A stretch of 37,028 bases of DNA from Gemmatimonadaceae bacterium (GCA_040901985.1 JBBDYC010000001.1:146201-183228), one strand, 5' to 3'. Positions 9,020-18,630 are shown, counted from the stretch's first letter. Numbers and translations: made by a program. The notes: a model not told the origin generated them from the letters alone.

Positions 9020-10426
9020 ATGGCTCCCCCCTCAGACAGCGGCGACGGCCGCGACCTGCCGCGCCGAGACTTCGTTCGCCTCGCCGGACTCGGCGCCGGC
9101 GCGTTGATCGCGCCCTCGGTACTTGCCGCCGGCACCACGCACGCAGCCCCCTCGGCCCGACGCCGGCCGCCGAGTGAGTCGATGTGACTCGCCGGAGAGA
9201 AGTGAGGGGCGTGGGGCGTCTGGACGGCCTTTCACCTCGCCAAGTCGGGCGTGCGCGTCACCCTGGTGGACCAGTACGGCCCCGCCAACTCGCGCGCGAC
9301 GAGCGGCGACGAGACGCGCGGGATCCGGTCGTCGTACGGCGACCGCTCGACAGGCGAGCAGTGGGCCGCGTGGGCCCGCGAGTCCATCACGCGCTGGCGC
9401 GACTTCGACGCCGAGTACGCCGCGCGCTTCGGGACACGGTTCTTTGTCACCACCGGGGATCTCATCTTCCGGGAACGCGAGGAGCCCTTCACCACGCGCA
9501 CGGCCGAGCATTGGGACAGGCTCGGCGTGCGCTATGAGCGCCTCACGCCGGCCGAGGCCGCGCGACGCTGGCCGATGATCCAGGCGGAGAGCTACGAAGT
9601 GATCCTGCACGAGCCCGACGCAGGCGTGGCGCGTGCGCGGCACTCGATCCAGGCGCTGGCCGCGGTCGTACGGGGGATGGGCGTGGAGTTTCGCCTCGAA
9701 CGCGCGCAGCCCGGGGCGGTGCGGAACAACGCAATGGGAGAGATCCGACTGGACGACGGCACGACGCTTGGCGCCGACGCGTACGTCTTTGCCTGCGGTC
9801 CGTGGCTGCGGAAGGTCTTTCCCGAGCACCTCGGCAACCGGATGCGGACGCCGCTCGGCCACGTCTGCTACTTCGGCACGCCGGAAGGCGACGCGCGATT
9901 CAGCACGGACGCGATTCCGAGCTGGAACTTTCCCGGCGTCACTGGCTGGGGCGCGCTGCCGGTGGACAGTCGCGGCTTTCGCGTGCGCGGCGGGTTCGCG
10001 CCGCCGCGTCCGCCGCGAGGCGACGACGAGGACGAGCCACCGCCGCCGCCGCGTCCGGTGCAGGACCCGACGCTGCAGGACCCCGACCTCAGCGTGCGCA
10101 CGCCGGGCCCGGAGCGGATCGAGGGCTCGCGTCGCGTGCTCGCCAAGTGCTTTCCCGCGCTCGCCGAGGCGCCGCTGCTGGAGACGCGGGCCTGCCACTA
10201 CGAGAGCAGCTCCAACCGCAACTTCATCATTGACCGGGTCCCGGGCGTAGGGAACGCGTGGGTCGTCGGCGCGGGACAGGCCGAGGGGTTCAAGTTCTCG
10301 CCGCTGGTCGGCGAGTACGCCACGCGGCGCGTGCTCGGCCAGCCAACCGACGCCGCGCTCGACGAGGCGTTCAAGTTTCCCACCGAGGATTATGAATCGC
10401 CGCGATCCGGCGAGGAGGAGGAGTGA
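9020..10426 (+). pseudogene. Tat-exported FAD-dependent oxidoreductase (DAO/sarcosine oxidase-like), interrupted by two in-frame TGA stops
   Basis: One frame carries the Tat signal (PRRDFVRLAGLGAGALIAP), TGA at 9185-9187 and 9203-9205, then GAWGVWTAFHLAKSGVRVTLVDQYGPANSRATSGDETR...FACGPW...FIID...GFKFSP. The first beta-strand and first Gly of GxGxxG are missing. Confidence 0.7.
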
Positions 10427-11535
10427 TGCGGACTCGCTCGAACCTTCGGCGGAGCCGTGGCGCGTCGAGCGTGACGGGCGCGCTGCGCGCGGCTCTGTTG
10501 CTGGCGCTGGTGGCCGGTACCGTGAGCGCCCAGACGATGGTGCCGGTCAACGATCGGCCGAATCCGTACCGGACGGTGGAAGGCTGGGCGAAGATGCCCG
10601 AGGGTCGTACCTGGGGCTCCACGAGCGCGGTGGCGATAGATCGCGATGGCGTCAGCATCTGGGTCGGAGAGCGTTGCGGGCAGAACAACTGCGTCGGCTC
10701 CGACCTCGACCCCATCCTCAAGTTCGACGCCCACGGGAATCTCGTGAAGGCATTCGGGCGGGGGCTGATTGCCTGGCCGCACGGGATGACGGTGGACCAC
10801 GACGGCAACGTCTGGGTCACCGACGCGCGCGACAACTCGGCGGCGCTCGCCGCGGCGGCGGGCCAGGGGAACCCGATTGACTCGACGAAGCTCTACGGCC
10901 ACCAATTGCTCAAGTTCTCGCCCGAGGGCGAGCTGCTGATGCGGCTCGGCGCGCGCGGCGGCGGGCGCGAGCAGGACTACTTCTGGCAGCCGAACGCCGT
11001 GCTCGTCGCGCCGAACGGCGACATCTGGGTGGCCGAGGGGCACTCGTCGCAGCCGACGGCGAATGCGCGGATCTTCAAGTTCGACCGAGCAGGGACACTG
11101 CTCCTCGTGATTGGGCGGAAAGGCACGGGACCCGACGAGTTCGACCAGCCGCACGCGCTGGCGATGGATTCGCGCGGACGGCTCTTTGTGGGCGACCGCA
11201 GCAACAACCGCATCCAGATCTATGACCAGCAGGGAACCCTGCTCGACACCTGGTACCAGTTCTCGCGGGCGAGCGGGCTCTTCATTGACGCGAACGACAC
11301 GATCTACGTCGCCGACTCGGAGTCGGGGTCGGTTGCGCCGACGCGTCCGGAGTGGAAGCGCGGGATCCGCATCGGGAGCGCGCGCACCGGGGAGGTGACG
11401 GCGTTCATTCCCGATCCGGTGGATCCGACACGGGGCACGAGCGCGGCGGAGGGGGTCGCGGTGGATCGCAATGGGGTGATCTACGGTGCGGAGGTGGGAC
11501 CACGGGCGCTCAAGCGCTACGAGAGGATCAAGTGA
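10426..11535 (+). CDS. Exported NHL-repeat beta-propeller (peptidyl-alpha-hydroxyglycine alpha-amidating lyase-like)
   Basis: Signal peptide; NHL repeats WPHGMTVDHDGNVWVTD, QPNAVLVAPNGDIWVAEG, FDQPHALAMDSRGRLFVGDRSNNRIQIYD. Confidence 0.85.
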   Translation: MRTRSNLRRSRGASSVTGALRAALLLALVAGTVSAQTMVPVNDRPNPYRTVEGWAKMPEGRTWGSTSAVAIDRDGVSIWVGERCGQNNCVGSDLDPILKFDAHGNLVKAFGRGLIAWPHGMTVDHDGNVWVTDARDNSAALAAAAGQGNPIDSTKLYGHQLLKFSPEGELLMRLGARGGGREQDYFWQPNAVLVAPNGDIWVAEGHSSQPTANARIFKFDRAGTLLLVIGRKGTGPDEFDQPHALAMDSRGRLFVGDRSNNRIQIYDQQGTLLDTWYQFSRASGLFIDANDTIYVADSESGSVAPTRPEWKRGIRIGSARTGEVTAFIPDPVDPTRGTSAAEGVAVDRNGVIYGAEVGPRALKRYERIK

Positions 11536-13286
11536 CGCGAGTGACGATCCGCGGCGGGGCCGCCGCGGCAATCCTGACGCTTCTTCTGTGGGCGCCGCTT
11601 GGTGAGCCGCTGGGTGCGCAGCGCCTGGTGCCGCCGGCGCCGACGGCGCAGAGCGAGCTGCGCGACACGATTCTGCTCTACGGGTCGGACCGCGGTGCCC
11701 TGTTGCGGCGCTGGTCGGTGGACTACTCGGAGGCCCGGGCGGCGCGGCTGCGCGAGTTCTACGGGGGGTGGCGCGCGCGCCTCGCGGCGGTGGATTTCGG
11801 CCGGCTGAGCCAAGAGGGGAAGATTGACTACATCCTCCTCGACAATCGCCTGCGGCAGGAGCTCGACCAGCTTGCCCGGGACGATCGGCTCGCCGCCGAG
11901 ATGCGGCCTCACGTGCCGTTCGGCCCGACGATCACCGGCTTCGAGGAGGCGCGTCGGCGCTTCGAGACGCCCGACGGGCCGGCGGTGGCGCGTGCGCTGG
12001 CCGACATCGCCAAGCAGGCGGACAGCCTGACCCGTGCGGTCCGGGCGCGGCAGACGGCGACGATCCCGCGCGCCGAGCGGATCATCGGCCTGCGGACGAT
12101 CGCCTACCTTGCCGACCTGCAGACCACGATGCGGAACTGGAACCGCTTCTCGGCCGGCTACGACCCGACGTTCTCGTGGTGGACGGCCGATCCCTACCGT
12201 CGCGCCAACGAGGCGATCACCAACTACACGCGCGCCATCCGCGAAGTCGTGGTCGGACAGAAGCAGGGGGAAGAGGAGCCGATCATCGGCGACCCGATTG
12301 GAGTGCCCGGCGTGAACGCCGACCTCGCCTTTGAGATGATTGCCTACACGCCGCAGGAGCTGCTGGCGCTGGCGGAAAAGGAGTTTGCCTGGATCGAGGC
12401 CGAGCAGAGGAAGGCGGCGGGCGAGATGGGGTTCGGCGACGACTGGCGCGCGGCGCTCGAGAAGGTGAAGCAGGCGTACGTGCTGCCGGGCCAGCAGCCG
12501 GCAATGGTGCGCGACCTCGCGCGCTCCGCCGTGGCGTTCGTGACCTCGCGCGACCTCGTCACGGTGCCGCCGCTCGCCGACGAGGTCTGGCGGATGGAGA
12601 TGATGCCGCCGCGCCAGCAGCTCGTCTCGCCCTTCTTCCTCGGCGGCGAGGTGATCCAGGTTGCCTACCCGACCGACTCGATGCAGCACGCCGACAAGCT
12701 GATGGCGATGCGCGGGAACAATCCGCACTTCTCACTGGCCACGGTGCACCACGAGTTGATCCCCGGACATCACCTGCAGGGTTTCATGACGCAGCGCCAC
12801 AACCAACACCGGCAGATGTTCGGCACGCCGTTCTGGGGCGAGGGCTGGGCGCTCTGGTGGGAGATGCTCCTGTGGGACCAGGGCTTCCCGCCGACACCCG
12901 AGGACCGGATGGGGATGCTCTTCTGGCGGTCGCACCGTGCGGCGCGGATCATCTTCTCGCTGCGATTCCAGATGGGGCAGATGACGCCGCAGGAGGCGGT
13001 GGACTTCCTGGTGGACCGCGTCGGCCACGAGCGCGCGAACGCCGAGGCCGAGGTGCGGCGGTCGTTCAACGGCACCTACTCGCCGATGTACCAGGCGGCG
13101 TATATGCTCGGCGGTCTCCAGTTCCGGGCGCTGCATCGGGAACTCGTCGAGTCGGGGCGGATGACGAACAAGGAGTTCCACGACGCGATCCTGCAGGGCG
13201 GCCGGATGCCGGTCGAGATGGTGCGGGCGCGCCTGGTCGGCACGCCGCTCACGCGGGACTACAAGGCGTCCTGGCGGTTCTACTAG
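11532..13286 (+). CDS. DUF885 family exported protein (putative metallopeptidase)
   Basis: GTG start overlapping the previous stop (GTGA); signal peptide; HHELIPGHH, EGWALWWE, RAARII, EVRR and YQAAYMLG motifs of DUF885. Confidence 0.88.
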   Translation: MTRVTIRGGAAAAILTLLLWAPLGEPLGAQRLVPPAPTAQSELRDTILLYGSDRGALLRRWSVDYSEARAARLREFYGGWRARLAAVDFGRLSQEGKIDYILLDNRLRQELDQLARDDRLAAEMRPHVPFGPTITGFEEARRRFETPDGPAVARALADIAKQADSLTRAVRARQTATIPRAERIIGLRTIAYLADLQTTMRNWNRFSAGYDPTFSWWTADPYRRANEAITNYTRAIREVVVGQKQGEEEPIIGDPIGVPGVNADLAFEMIAYTPQELLALAEKEFAWIEAEQRKAAGEMGFGDDWRAALEKVKQAYVLPGQQPAMVRDLARSAVAFVTSRDLVTVPPLADEVWRMEMMPPRQQLVSPFFLGGEVIQVAYPTDSMQHADKLMAMRGNNPHFSLATVHHELIPGHHLQGFMTQRHNQHRQMFGTPFWGEGWALWWEMLLWDQGFPPTPEDRMGMLFWRSHRAARIIFSLRFQMGQMTPQEAVDFLVDRVGHERANAEAEVRRSFNGTYSPMYQAAYMLGGLQFRALHRELVESGRMTNKEFHDAILQGGRMPVEMVRARLVGTPLTRDYKASWRFY

Positions 13287-13303
13287 GCGCGGCTACGGCG
13301 CAG

Positions 13304-15502
13304 CTATGGCAATCGCAGCGCCACCAGGCTGGTCGTCGTCCCGGCGCCGGTCGCGAAGACGATGTACTGCCTGCCCTTGTGCAGGAAGGTCATCGGCATC
13401 GCGGTGGTGCGCGACGGAATCTCGACGGCTCCCACCTCGCGGCCGGTGGCCTTGTCCACCGCGAAGAGACGCGGCGGGGAGTTGGGGACGCCCCCGCTGC
13501 GGCCGGTGCCGTAGATGACGAGGGTCTTCGTCACGATGACCTGGGCCTGGCCGCCGGCAGGGCGCGGCGGGAGGGTCACGCCGCGGAACAGCGGGTCATT
13601 GCTGGTGACCGGGATCCAGCCGCCGTTGGGAATCCACCAGCGCTTGTCGCCGCTGCGCATATCGTAGGCGGTGACGCCGCCGAGTTCCTTCGGCTTGAGG
13701 ATCGAGACGCCGTGGAGCATTGACGCGGCGGAGCGCCCCGCAAACCCGCCGCCGCGGTCGGCCGGCGGCACGTAACCCTCCGGTGGCGGCAGCGCGCCGA
13801 TCAGGCCGCAGTTGTCGCGCGGCGAACTGAAGCGGAACTCGGAGCAGGGGTCCTTGGCGAGCGCCATCGTGCTCAGGCCGCTGAGCGCGGCGACGTACAG
13901 CGTGCCCGTCTCGGGGTCCATCGCGGCGCCGCCGTCAATGTTCACGCCGCCTGACGCGCCCGGGGCGTACCACGCGCAGCGCAGTCCGGTCGGGCCGGAT
14001 CCGTCGGCGAGCACGGGGGGGATGAAGTACGGTCCCATCCGGCACCGCCGCGCCATCGCCAACGCGGAGTCGCGGATGGCCGGCGTGTAGGCGATGATGT
14101 CGCTCTCGAGGAGTCCCTGCTGGGCGTAGGGCGCCGGCCGCGAGGGAATCGGCTGTGTCGGCGCACTGCGCTCGCCCGGGACATCGCTCGCCAGCACCGG
14201 CGTCTCGACGATCGGCCAGATCGGCTCGCCGGTCACGCGGTCGAAGGTGTAGATCCACCCCTGCTTGGTGGTCTGGGCGATCACCTTGCGTGAGCGGCCG
14301 CTGACCACGGCGTCGTAGAGATTCGGTGCCTGCGGCGTGTCGTAGTCCCAGATGTCGTGATGCACCATCTGGAAGTGCCAGCGGCGCTGTCCGGTGCGCG
14401 CATCGAGCGCGACGAGCGAGTTGCCGAAGAGGTTGTCGCCCGGGCGATGGCCGCCATACTCGTCCATCAACGGCATCCCGACGGGAATGTAGACGAGCCC
14501 AAGCTCGGGGTCCGCCGAGTAGGTGGCCCACGCGTCGTTCTTGCCGACGCCCTCGGTGCCGACGCGCGACCCGCGCTCCCACGTCTCGGCGCCGAACTCG
14601 CCCGGCTGCGGCACGAGGTTGAAGAGCCAGAGCTGCCGGCCGGTACGCACGTCGAAGCCGCGGATGTGGCCAGGCAGGTTGCGGACGCGGATGGGATAGT
14701 AGCCGTGGATGCTGGAGTTACCGACCACGATGACGTCGTTCACCATGATTGCCGGCGAGCTGTTGGCGATCTGTCCGTGCACCGGGTCAATGCCGACGGT
14801 GCCGTCGGCGCCGGTCTTCTTCACCGGATCCCAGGTCTCGCCGGGGCGTGCGCGGCGCGCTGGCGCGGCGTCGGAGATGATCAGCGAGCCGGAGTCGTCC
14901 ACGGCGAGCGGGACGAGCGGGAAGCCGAGTCCGTCCTGGAGGTCCACGATGCCGTTCCGGCCGAACTTCGGATCCGGGATCCCGGTGCGCGCGTCGAGCG
15001 AAACCATGTGATAGCCCGGCGTCACGACGATCACGCGCTCCTCGACGCCGTCGGTCCAGTAGGTGAGGCCGCGTCCGGCGAACTGCCGGGGCGCCTTCTG
15101 CCACCGGATCCCCTCGTCGAGGCGGTACATCCAGAGCGTCTCGCCCGTCTCGGGGTCAATCGCCATCGTCGAGCGGCGGGTGGTCGCCACCGTGAAGAGG
15201 CGGCCGTTCGCGTAGAGCGGGGTCGTGCGATAGTACTCGTCGGGGCCGAAGGTGCCGGCGTTCCACTGCCAGGCGACCTGCAGCGAGTTGAAGTTCTGCG
15301 CGGTGATCTGGTCGAGCGGCGAGTAGCGGGTGCTCCAGGCATCGCCGCCCCAGACGCGCCACTCGCCGGGCACGTTCCCGCGCACGGTGGGGGTCGCCAC
15401 CGGGCCGACGCCGCCCGGCGCGCTCACGGGGCGCGGCGGTTGCGCGAGCGCGATGGCGGGCAGGAGCAGCGCGGCCAGGACGGCGGTGTGTGAAAGCGTC
15501 AT
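13304..15502 (-). CDS. PQQ-dependent dehydrogenase (quinoprotein glucose dehydrogenase-like, soluble exported form)
   Basis: Signal peptide; RYSPLDQIT, RGLTYW, GHIRGFDVRTG, ALDARTGQRRWHFQMVHHDIWDYD, TKQGWIYTFDRVTGEP, PMTF...GRQYIV. No N-terminal TM bundle. Confidence 0.92.
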   Translation of the reverse strand: MTLSHTAVLAALLLPAIALAQPPRPVSAPGGVGPVATPTVRGNVPGEWRVWGGDAWSTRYSPLDQITAQNFNSLQVAWQWNAGTFGPDEYYRTTPLYANGRLFTVATTRRSTMAIDPETGETLWMYRLDEGIRWQKAPRQFAGRGLTYWTDGVEERVIVVTPGYHMVSLDARTGIPDPKFGRNGIVDLQDGLGFPLVPLAVDDSGSLIISDAAPARRARPGETWDPVKKTGADGTVGIDPVHGQIANSSPAIMVNDVIVVGNSSIHGYYPIRVRNLPGHIRGFDVRTGRQLWLFNLVPQPGEFGAETWERGSRVGTEGVGKNDAWATYSADPELGLVYIPVGMPLMDEYGGHRPGDNLFGNSLVALDARTGQRRWHFQMVHHDIWDYDTPQAPNLYDAVVSGRSRKVIAQTTKQGWIYTFDRVTGEPIWPIVETPVLASDVPGERSAPTQPIPSRPAPYAQQGLLESDIIAYTPAIRDSALAMARRCRMGPYFIPPVLADGSGPTGLRCAWYAPGASGGVNIDGGAAMDPETGTLYVAALSGLSTMALAKDPCSEFRFSSPRDNCGLIGALPPPEGYVPPADRGGGFAGRSAASMLHGVSILKPKELGGVTAYDMRSGDKRWWIPNGGWIPVTSNDPLFRGVTLPPRPAGGQAQVIVTKTLVIYGTGRSGGVPNSPPRLFAVDKATGREVGAVEIPSRTTAMPMTFLHKGRQYIVFATGAGTTTSLVALRLP

Positions 15503-15930
15503 CGGCGGGAACCCGGTGGGGTGGAGGCAGTCACGACGGAATCAATGCGGATACGATGCAGCGCAACGGAGTCCGCCGCGAGGGTGCGTGCCGCCGCGGG
15601 CATCCCGTTGATCCGCATCAGGTAGGCGATCAGCGCTGCATACTCGACGTCGCTCATCGTCCCGGGGTCGGTCTGTGGCATCTCGCGGCGCAGGTAGCCG
15701 AACAGCTCGCCGAGCGTGCGGCCGAACCACCGGCCGCGAAAGACCGGCCCCGCGTGCTGCGTCGGGGCGTGGCAGCTCTGGCACGCGTAGGCCCAGAGGT
15801 CGCGCCCTTGGTCGGCCTGCTGACGGGAGTAGACGCCATCGGCGGTGGAGAGATGCGCCGCCTGCGCCGCGCCCACGAGTACAAACGCGGCGAGGAGGAT
15901 CACAAGGCGGCGTGGTGGGGCGATGGTCAT
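15499..15930 (-). CDS. Monoheme cytochrome c (exported)
   Basis: Start ATG 15930 overlaps the upstream stop; signal peptide; DGVYS..Q, CQSCH, EMPQTDPG; stop overlaps the PQQ dehydrogenase start. Confidence 0.88.
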   Translation of the reverse strand: MTIAPPRRLVILLAAFVLVGAAQAAHLSTADGVYSRQQADQGRDLWAYACQSCHAPTQHAGPVFRGRWFGRTLGELFGYLRREMPQTDPGTMSDVEYAALIAYLMRINGMPAAARTLAADSVALHRIRIDSVVTASTPPGSRR

Positions 15931-17288
15931 TCCGGAAGCAGTCGCTGGAGAATCTGCTGGAAGGCCAGCGCGACGGCCAGCGCCACGGCCGCCAGGAGCG
16001 CGACGCGGACGGCGCCAATGGCAAAACTGAGGTCCAGCACCGGCCACCGGAACGCGGCGCGATACTCGCCGAGCACGTTCGCGCGCTCGGCCATCCAGTG
16101 GTATGCCGTATGCGCGATGATCGCCGAGCCAATCCAGGTGATGCGGAGCGCACGCTCGGCGGCCACCGCGCGATGGAGCGCGCCGAGAAGGACGAGCGCG
16201 ACCGCCAGCACCAGCAGTTGCCCCAGCTCGACGCCGAGGTTGAACGCGGCAAGCGCGGTCAGGAGGTGTCCGCCCGCGAACTGCAGCTGCTCGGCGAGCG
16301 CGAACGAGAATCCAAACCCGTGGATCAGCCCGAGCCCGAAGGCCATCCGCCATCGGCGTGCCAGCCGCTCCTCGGAGAGGAAGAAGTTCTCGGCGGCGAG
16401 CCAGATGATGGACGCGGCAATCGCCGTCTCGACGAGCGACGGGAACCAGGCGGCGGTGGGGACGAGGCCGAGCGCGGCGGCGGCGAGCGTCAGTGAGTGC
16501 GCGAGCGTGAATGCGGTGACGATCGCCACGAGCGAGCGCCACTGCCGTACCGGGAGCACCAGGCAGAGCACGAAGAGGAGGTGGTCCAGCCCGCCGAGGA
16601 TGTGACGGAAGCCCTCGCGGACAAATCGCTGCGCGGCGTGCGACCAGCGGGGGTCGAGCTCAATCCGCCCGGGGTCGCCCACGTAGTGGAACGCGCGCTC
16701 GACACCGCTGGGCAGGACGAGTCGGAGGACCGTGCTCGTGCGCACGCCGAGGTGCGCGAGGGCTGGGGTGAGCGAGAGTCGCGCGCCGGGCGCGGCGGCG
16801 GGATACACGATCTCGACGTCGAGCAGCGCCTGCTGCCAGCGGATGGCGACCTCGTTGCCGTGTGGGGCGGTGCCGACGTGGGCGAGCGCGCTGTCGAGCG
16901 AGGCGAAAGAGCGGTCGTCGGGGAGCGAGACTCGGGCGGTGACGATGCGCCCATCGCCCACGGGCGACCCATCGGCCCAGAGCGCGAGCGCGCCGGCGAT
17001 CCAGAGGCGCGCGGCCTCGGCGAGAAGTGGCCGGACGCGCACGAGGTCGAGCGTGCTGTCGGCGCGGAGCGGGAAGTCGAGGTCGCGCATCGCCTCGAGC
17101 GGGACGCGCACGAGGACGCGCAGCGCCGAGTCCGTGGGCTGGACCCAGGCGATGACGGCCACGCGCGCCGGGACCTCGTGGCTGTCGAGTGGGCGCGGGA
17201 CGAGCAGCAGCGCGAGCGCGAGGACGCGCGCGATGGCGGCGAGGGCCGCGCGCACGGGGTCGCCTGCCGGAAGCGGTCTCTGGTGCAT
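15927..17288 (-). CDS. HupE/UreJ family (HupE_UreJ_2-type) membrane protein with N-terminal periplasmic domain
   Basis: GFRHILGGLDHLLF, TAFTLAHSLTL, FGLGLIHGFGFS and FNLGVELGQ motifs; signal peptide followed by His (SHEVP); start uncertain. Confidence 0.88.
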   Translation of the reverse strand: MHQRPLPAGDPVRAALAAIARVLALALLLVPRPLDSHEVPARVAVIAWVQPTDSALRVLVRVPLEAMRDLDFPLRADSTLDLVRVRPLLAEAARLWIAGALALWADGSPVGDGRIVTARVSLPDDRSFASLDSALAHVGTAPHGNEVAIRWQQALLDVEIVYPAAAPGARLSLTPALAHLGVRTSTVLRLVLPSGVERAFHYVGDPGRIELDPRWSHAAQRFVREGFRHILGGLDHLLFVLCLVLPVRQWRSLVAIVTAFTLAHSLTLAAAALGLVPTAAWFPSLVETAIAASIIWLAAENFFLSEERLARRWRMAFGLGLIHGFGFSFALAEQLQFAGGHLLTALAAFNLGVELGQLLVLAVALVLLGALHRAVAAERALRITWIGSAIIAHTAYHWMAERANVLGEYRAAFRWPVLDLSFAIGAVRVALLAAVALAVALAFQQILQRLLPE

Positions 17289-17362
17289 GGTCGCCGGGAG
17301 ATATAGCATTGGGCGCGAGTCCCCACAGGGGGCAGCGCCCGCCATCTCGCACGGAGTCGCCG

Positions 17363-18547
17363 ATGTCAGGACACCGCTCGTCCCTCGCGCCCGTGGCCGG
17401 AGTCCTCGGCGCCGTGATCCTCTCGCTGGTCGTCGTGGAGTCGCGGCTGAGCGCCACGCTCGCCCGGCAGCCAGTGCAGGCGCCGGCGTTCGAGGTGGAC
17501 CCGTTCTGGCCGAAGCCGCTGCCCAACAACTGGGTCATCGGCTCGGCGATCGGCGTCGGGGTGGATTCGCGCGACCACGTGTACATCGTGCACCGCGCGG
17601 CCTCGCTCAACGCCCGCACCGAGGTGGGCGCGGCGCAGACCCCGCCGACCGGGGAGTGCTGCGTGCCGGCGCCGCCAGTGCTCGAGTTCGACCCGGACGG
17701 CAATCTCGTGAACGCGTGGGGCGGTCCGGGCGACGGGTACACCTGGCCCAACTCCAACCACGGGATCGCCATCGACCACCGCGACAACGTCTGGATCGGC
17801 GGCAACGGGCAGGGCGATTCGCAGATCCTGATCTTCGGGCGCGACGGGAAGTTCGTGCGCCAGCTCGGCGAGCCGGGGAAGCCAATGGACAGCCGGAGCC
17901 GCGAGTGGTTCGGGCGCGTGGCGAAGATCTCGTTCGATGCGCGCACCAACGAGGCGTTCGTCGCCGACGGCTACGACCACAAGCGCGTTGCGGTGCTCGA
18001 TATGACCACGGGCGCGGTCAAGCGCTTCTGGGGCGCCTACGGGAACGTGCCCAACGATTCCAACCTTGGGCCCTACAACCCCGACGCGCCGCTCGCGCAG
18101 CAGTTCCGCAACCCGGTGCATTGCGCCGAGCCGTCGGCGGACGGGCTGGTGTACGTCTGCGACCGGCCGAACAATCGGATCCAGGTGTTCCGGGCGGACG
18201 GCGAGTTCGTGAACGAGGTGCGGATCGCGCCGCGCACACTGGGCGACGGCGCGGTGTGGGACATTGCCTTCTCGCGCGACCCGCAGCAGCGCTTTCTGTA
18301 TCTCGCCGACGGGAAGAACGAGAAGGTCTACGTGATGGATCGGCGCTCGCTCGAGGTGCTGACGAGCTTTGGCGGCGGGGGCCGCCAGCCGGGGCAGTTC
18401 TTCGCGGTCCACAGCATCGCGACCGACTCGCGCGGCAACATCTTCACGACCGAGACGTACGAGGGGAAGCGGGTGCAGCGGTTTGTCTATCGTGGAATGC
18501 GGGCGGTCTCGCAGCGCGATCAGGGGCCACCCTGGCCGGGGCGCTAG
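17363..18547 (+). CDS. Exported NHL-repeat beta-propeller protein
   Basis: FEVDPFWPKPLPNNW, HGIAIDHRDNVWIGG, FVADGY, VYVCDRPNNRIQVF, HSIATDSRGNIFTTE; GGAG RBS before ATG 17363. Confidence 0.85.
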   Translation: MSGHRSSLAPVAGVLGAVILSLVVVESRLSATLARQPVQAPAFEVDPFWPKPLPNNWVIGSAIGVGVDSRDHVYIVHRAASLNARTEVGAAQTPPTGECCVPAPPVLEFDPDGNLVNAWGGPGDGYTWPNSNHGIAIDHRDNVWIGGNGQGDSQILIFGRDGKFVRQLGEPGKPMDSRSREWFGRVAKISFDARTNEAFVADGYDHKRVAVLDMTTGAVKRFWGAYGNVPNDSNLGPYNPDAPLAQQFRNPVHCAEPSADGLVYVCDRPNNRIQVFRADGEFVNEVRIAPRTLGDGAVWDIAFSRDPQQRFLYLADGKNEKVYVMDRRSLEVLTSFGGGGRQPGQFFAVHSIATDSRGNIFTTETYEGKRVQRFVYRGMRAVSQRDQGPPWPGR

Positions 18548-18630
18548 GCGGCCGTTCGGGCCGTGCGGCAAGGCGCTAGTTTTCGTGATCGAGCGTGATC
18601 ACCGACTCCCCTTTTCACCCCGGAAAACTG

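Noticed and set aside
9185..9205. TGA codons as selenocysteine or an alternative genetic code
   Set aside because: TGA is the normal stop for many genes in this window, and readthrough would still not restore the GxGxxG motif.
14330..14370. DYD motif in the PQQ dehydrogenase as proof of lanthanide dependence
   Set aside because: The D-x-D test applies to XoxF/ExaF alcohol dehydrogenases; glucose dehydrogenase-type enzymes carry HHDxWDxD regardless of metal.
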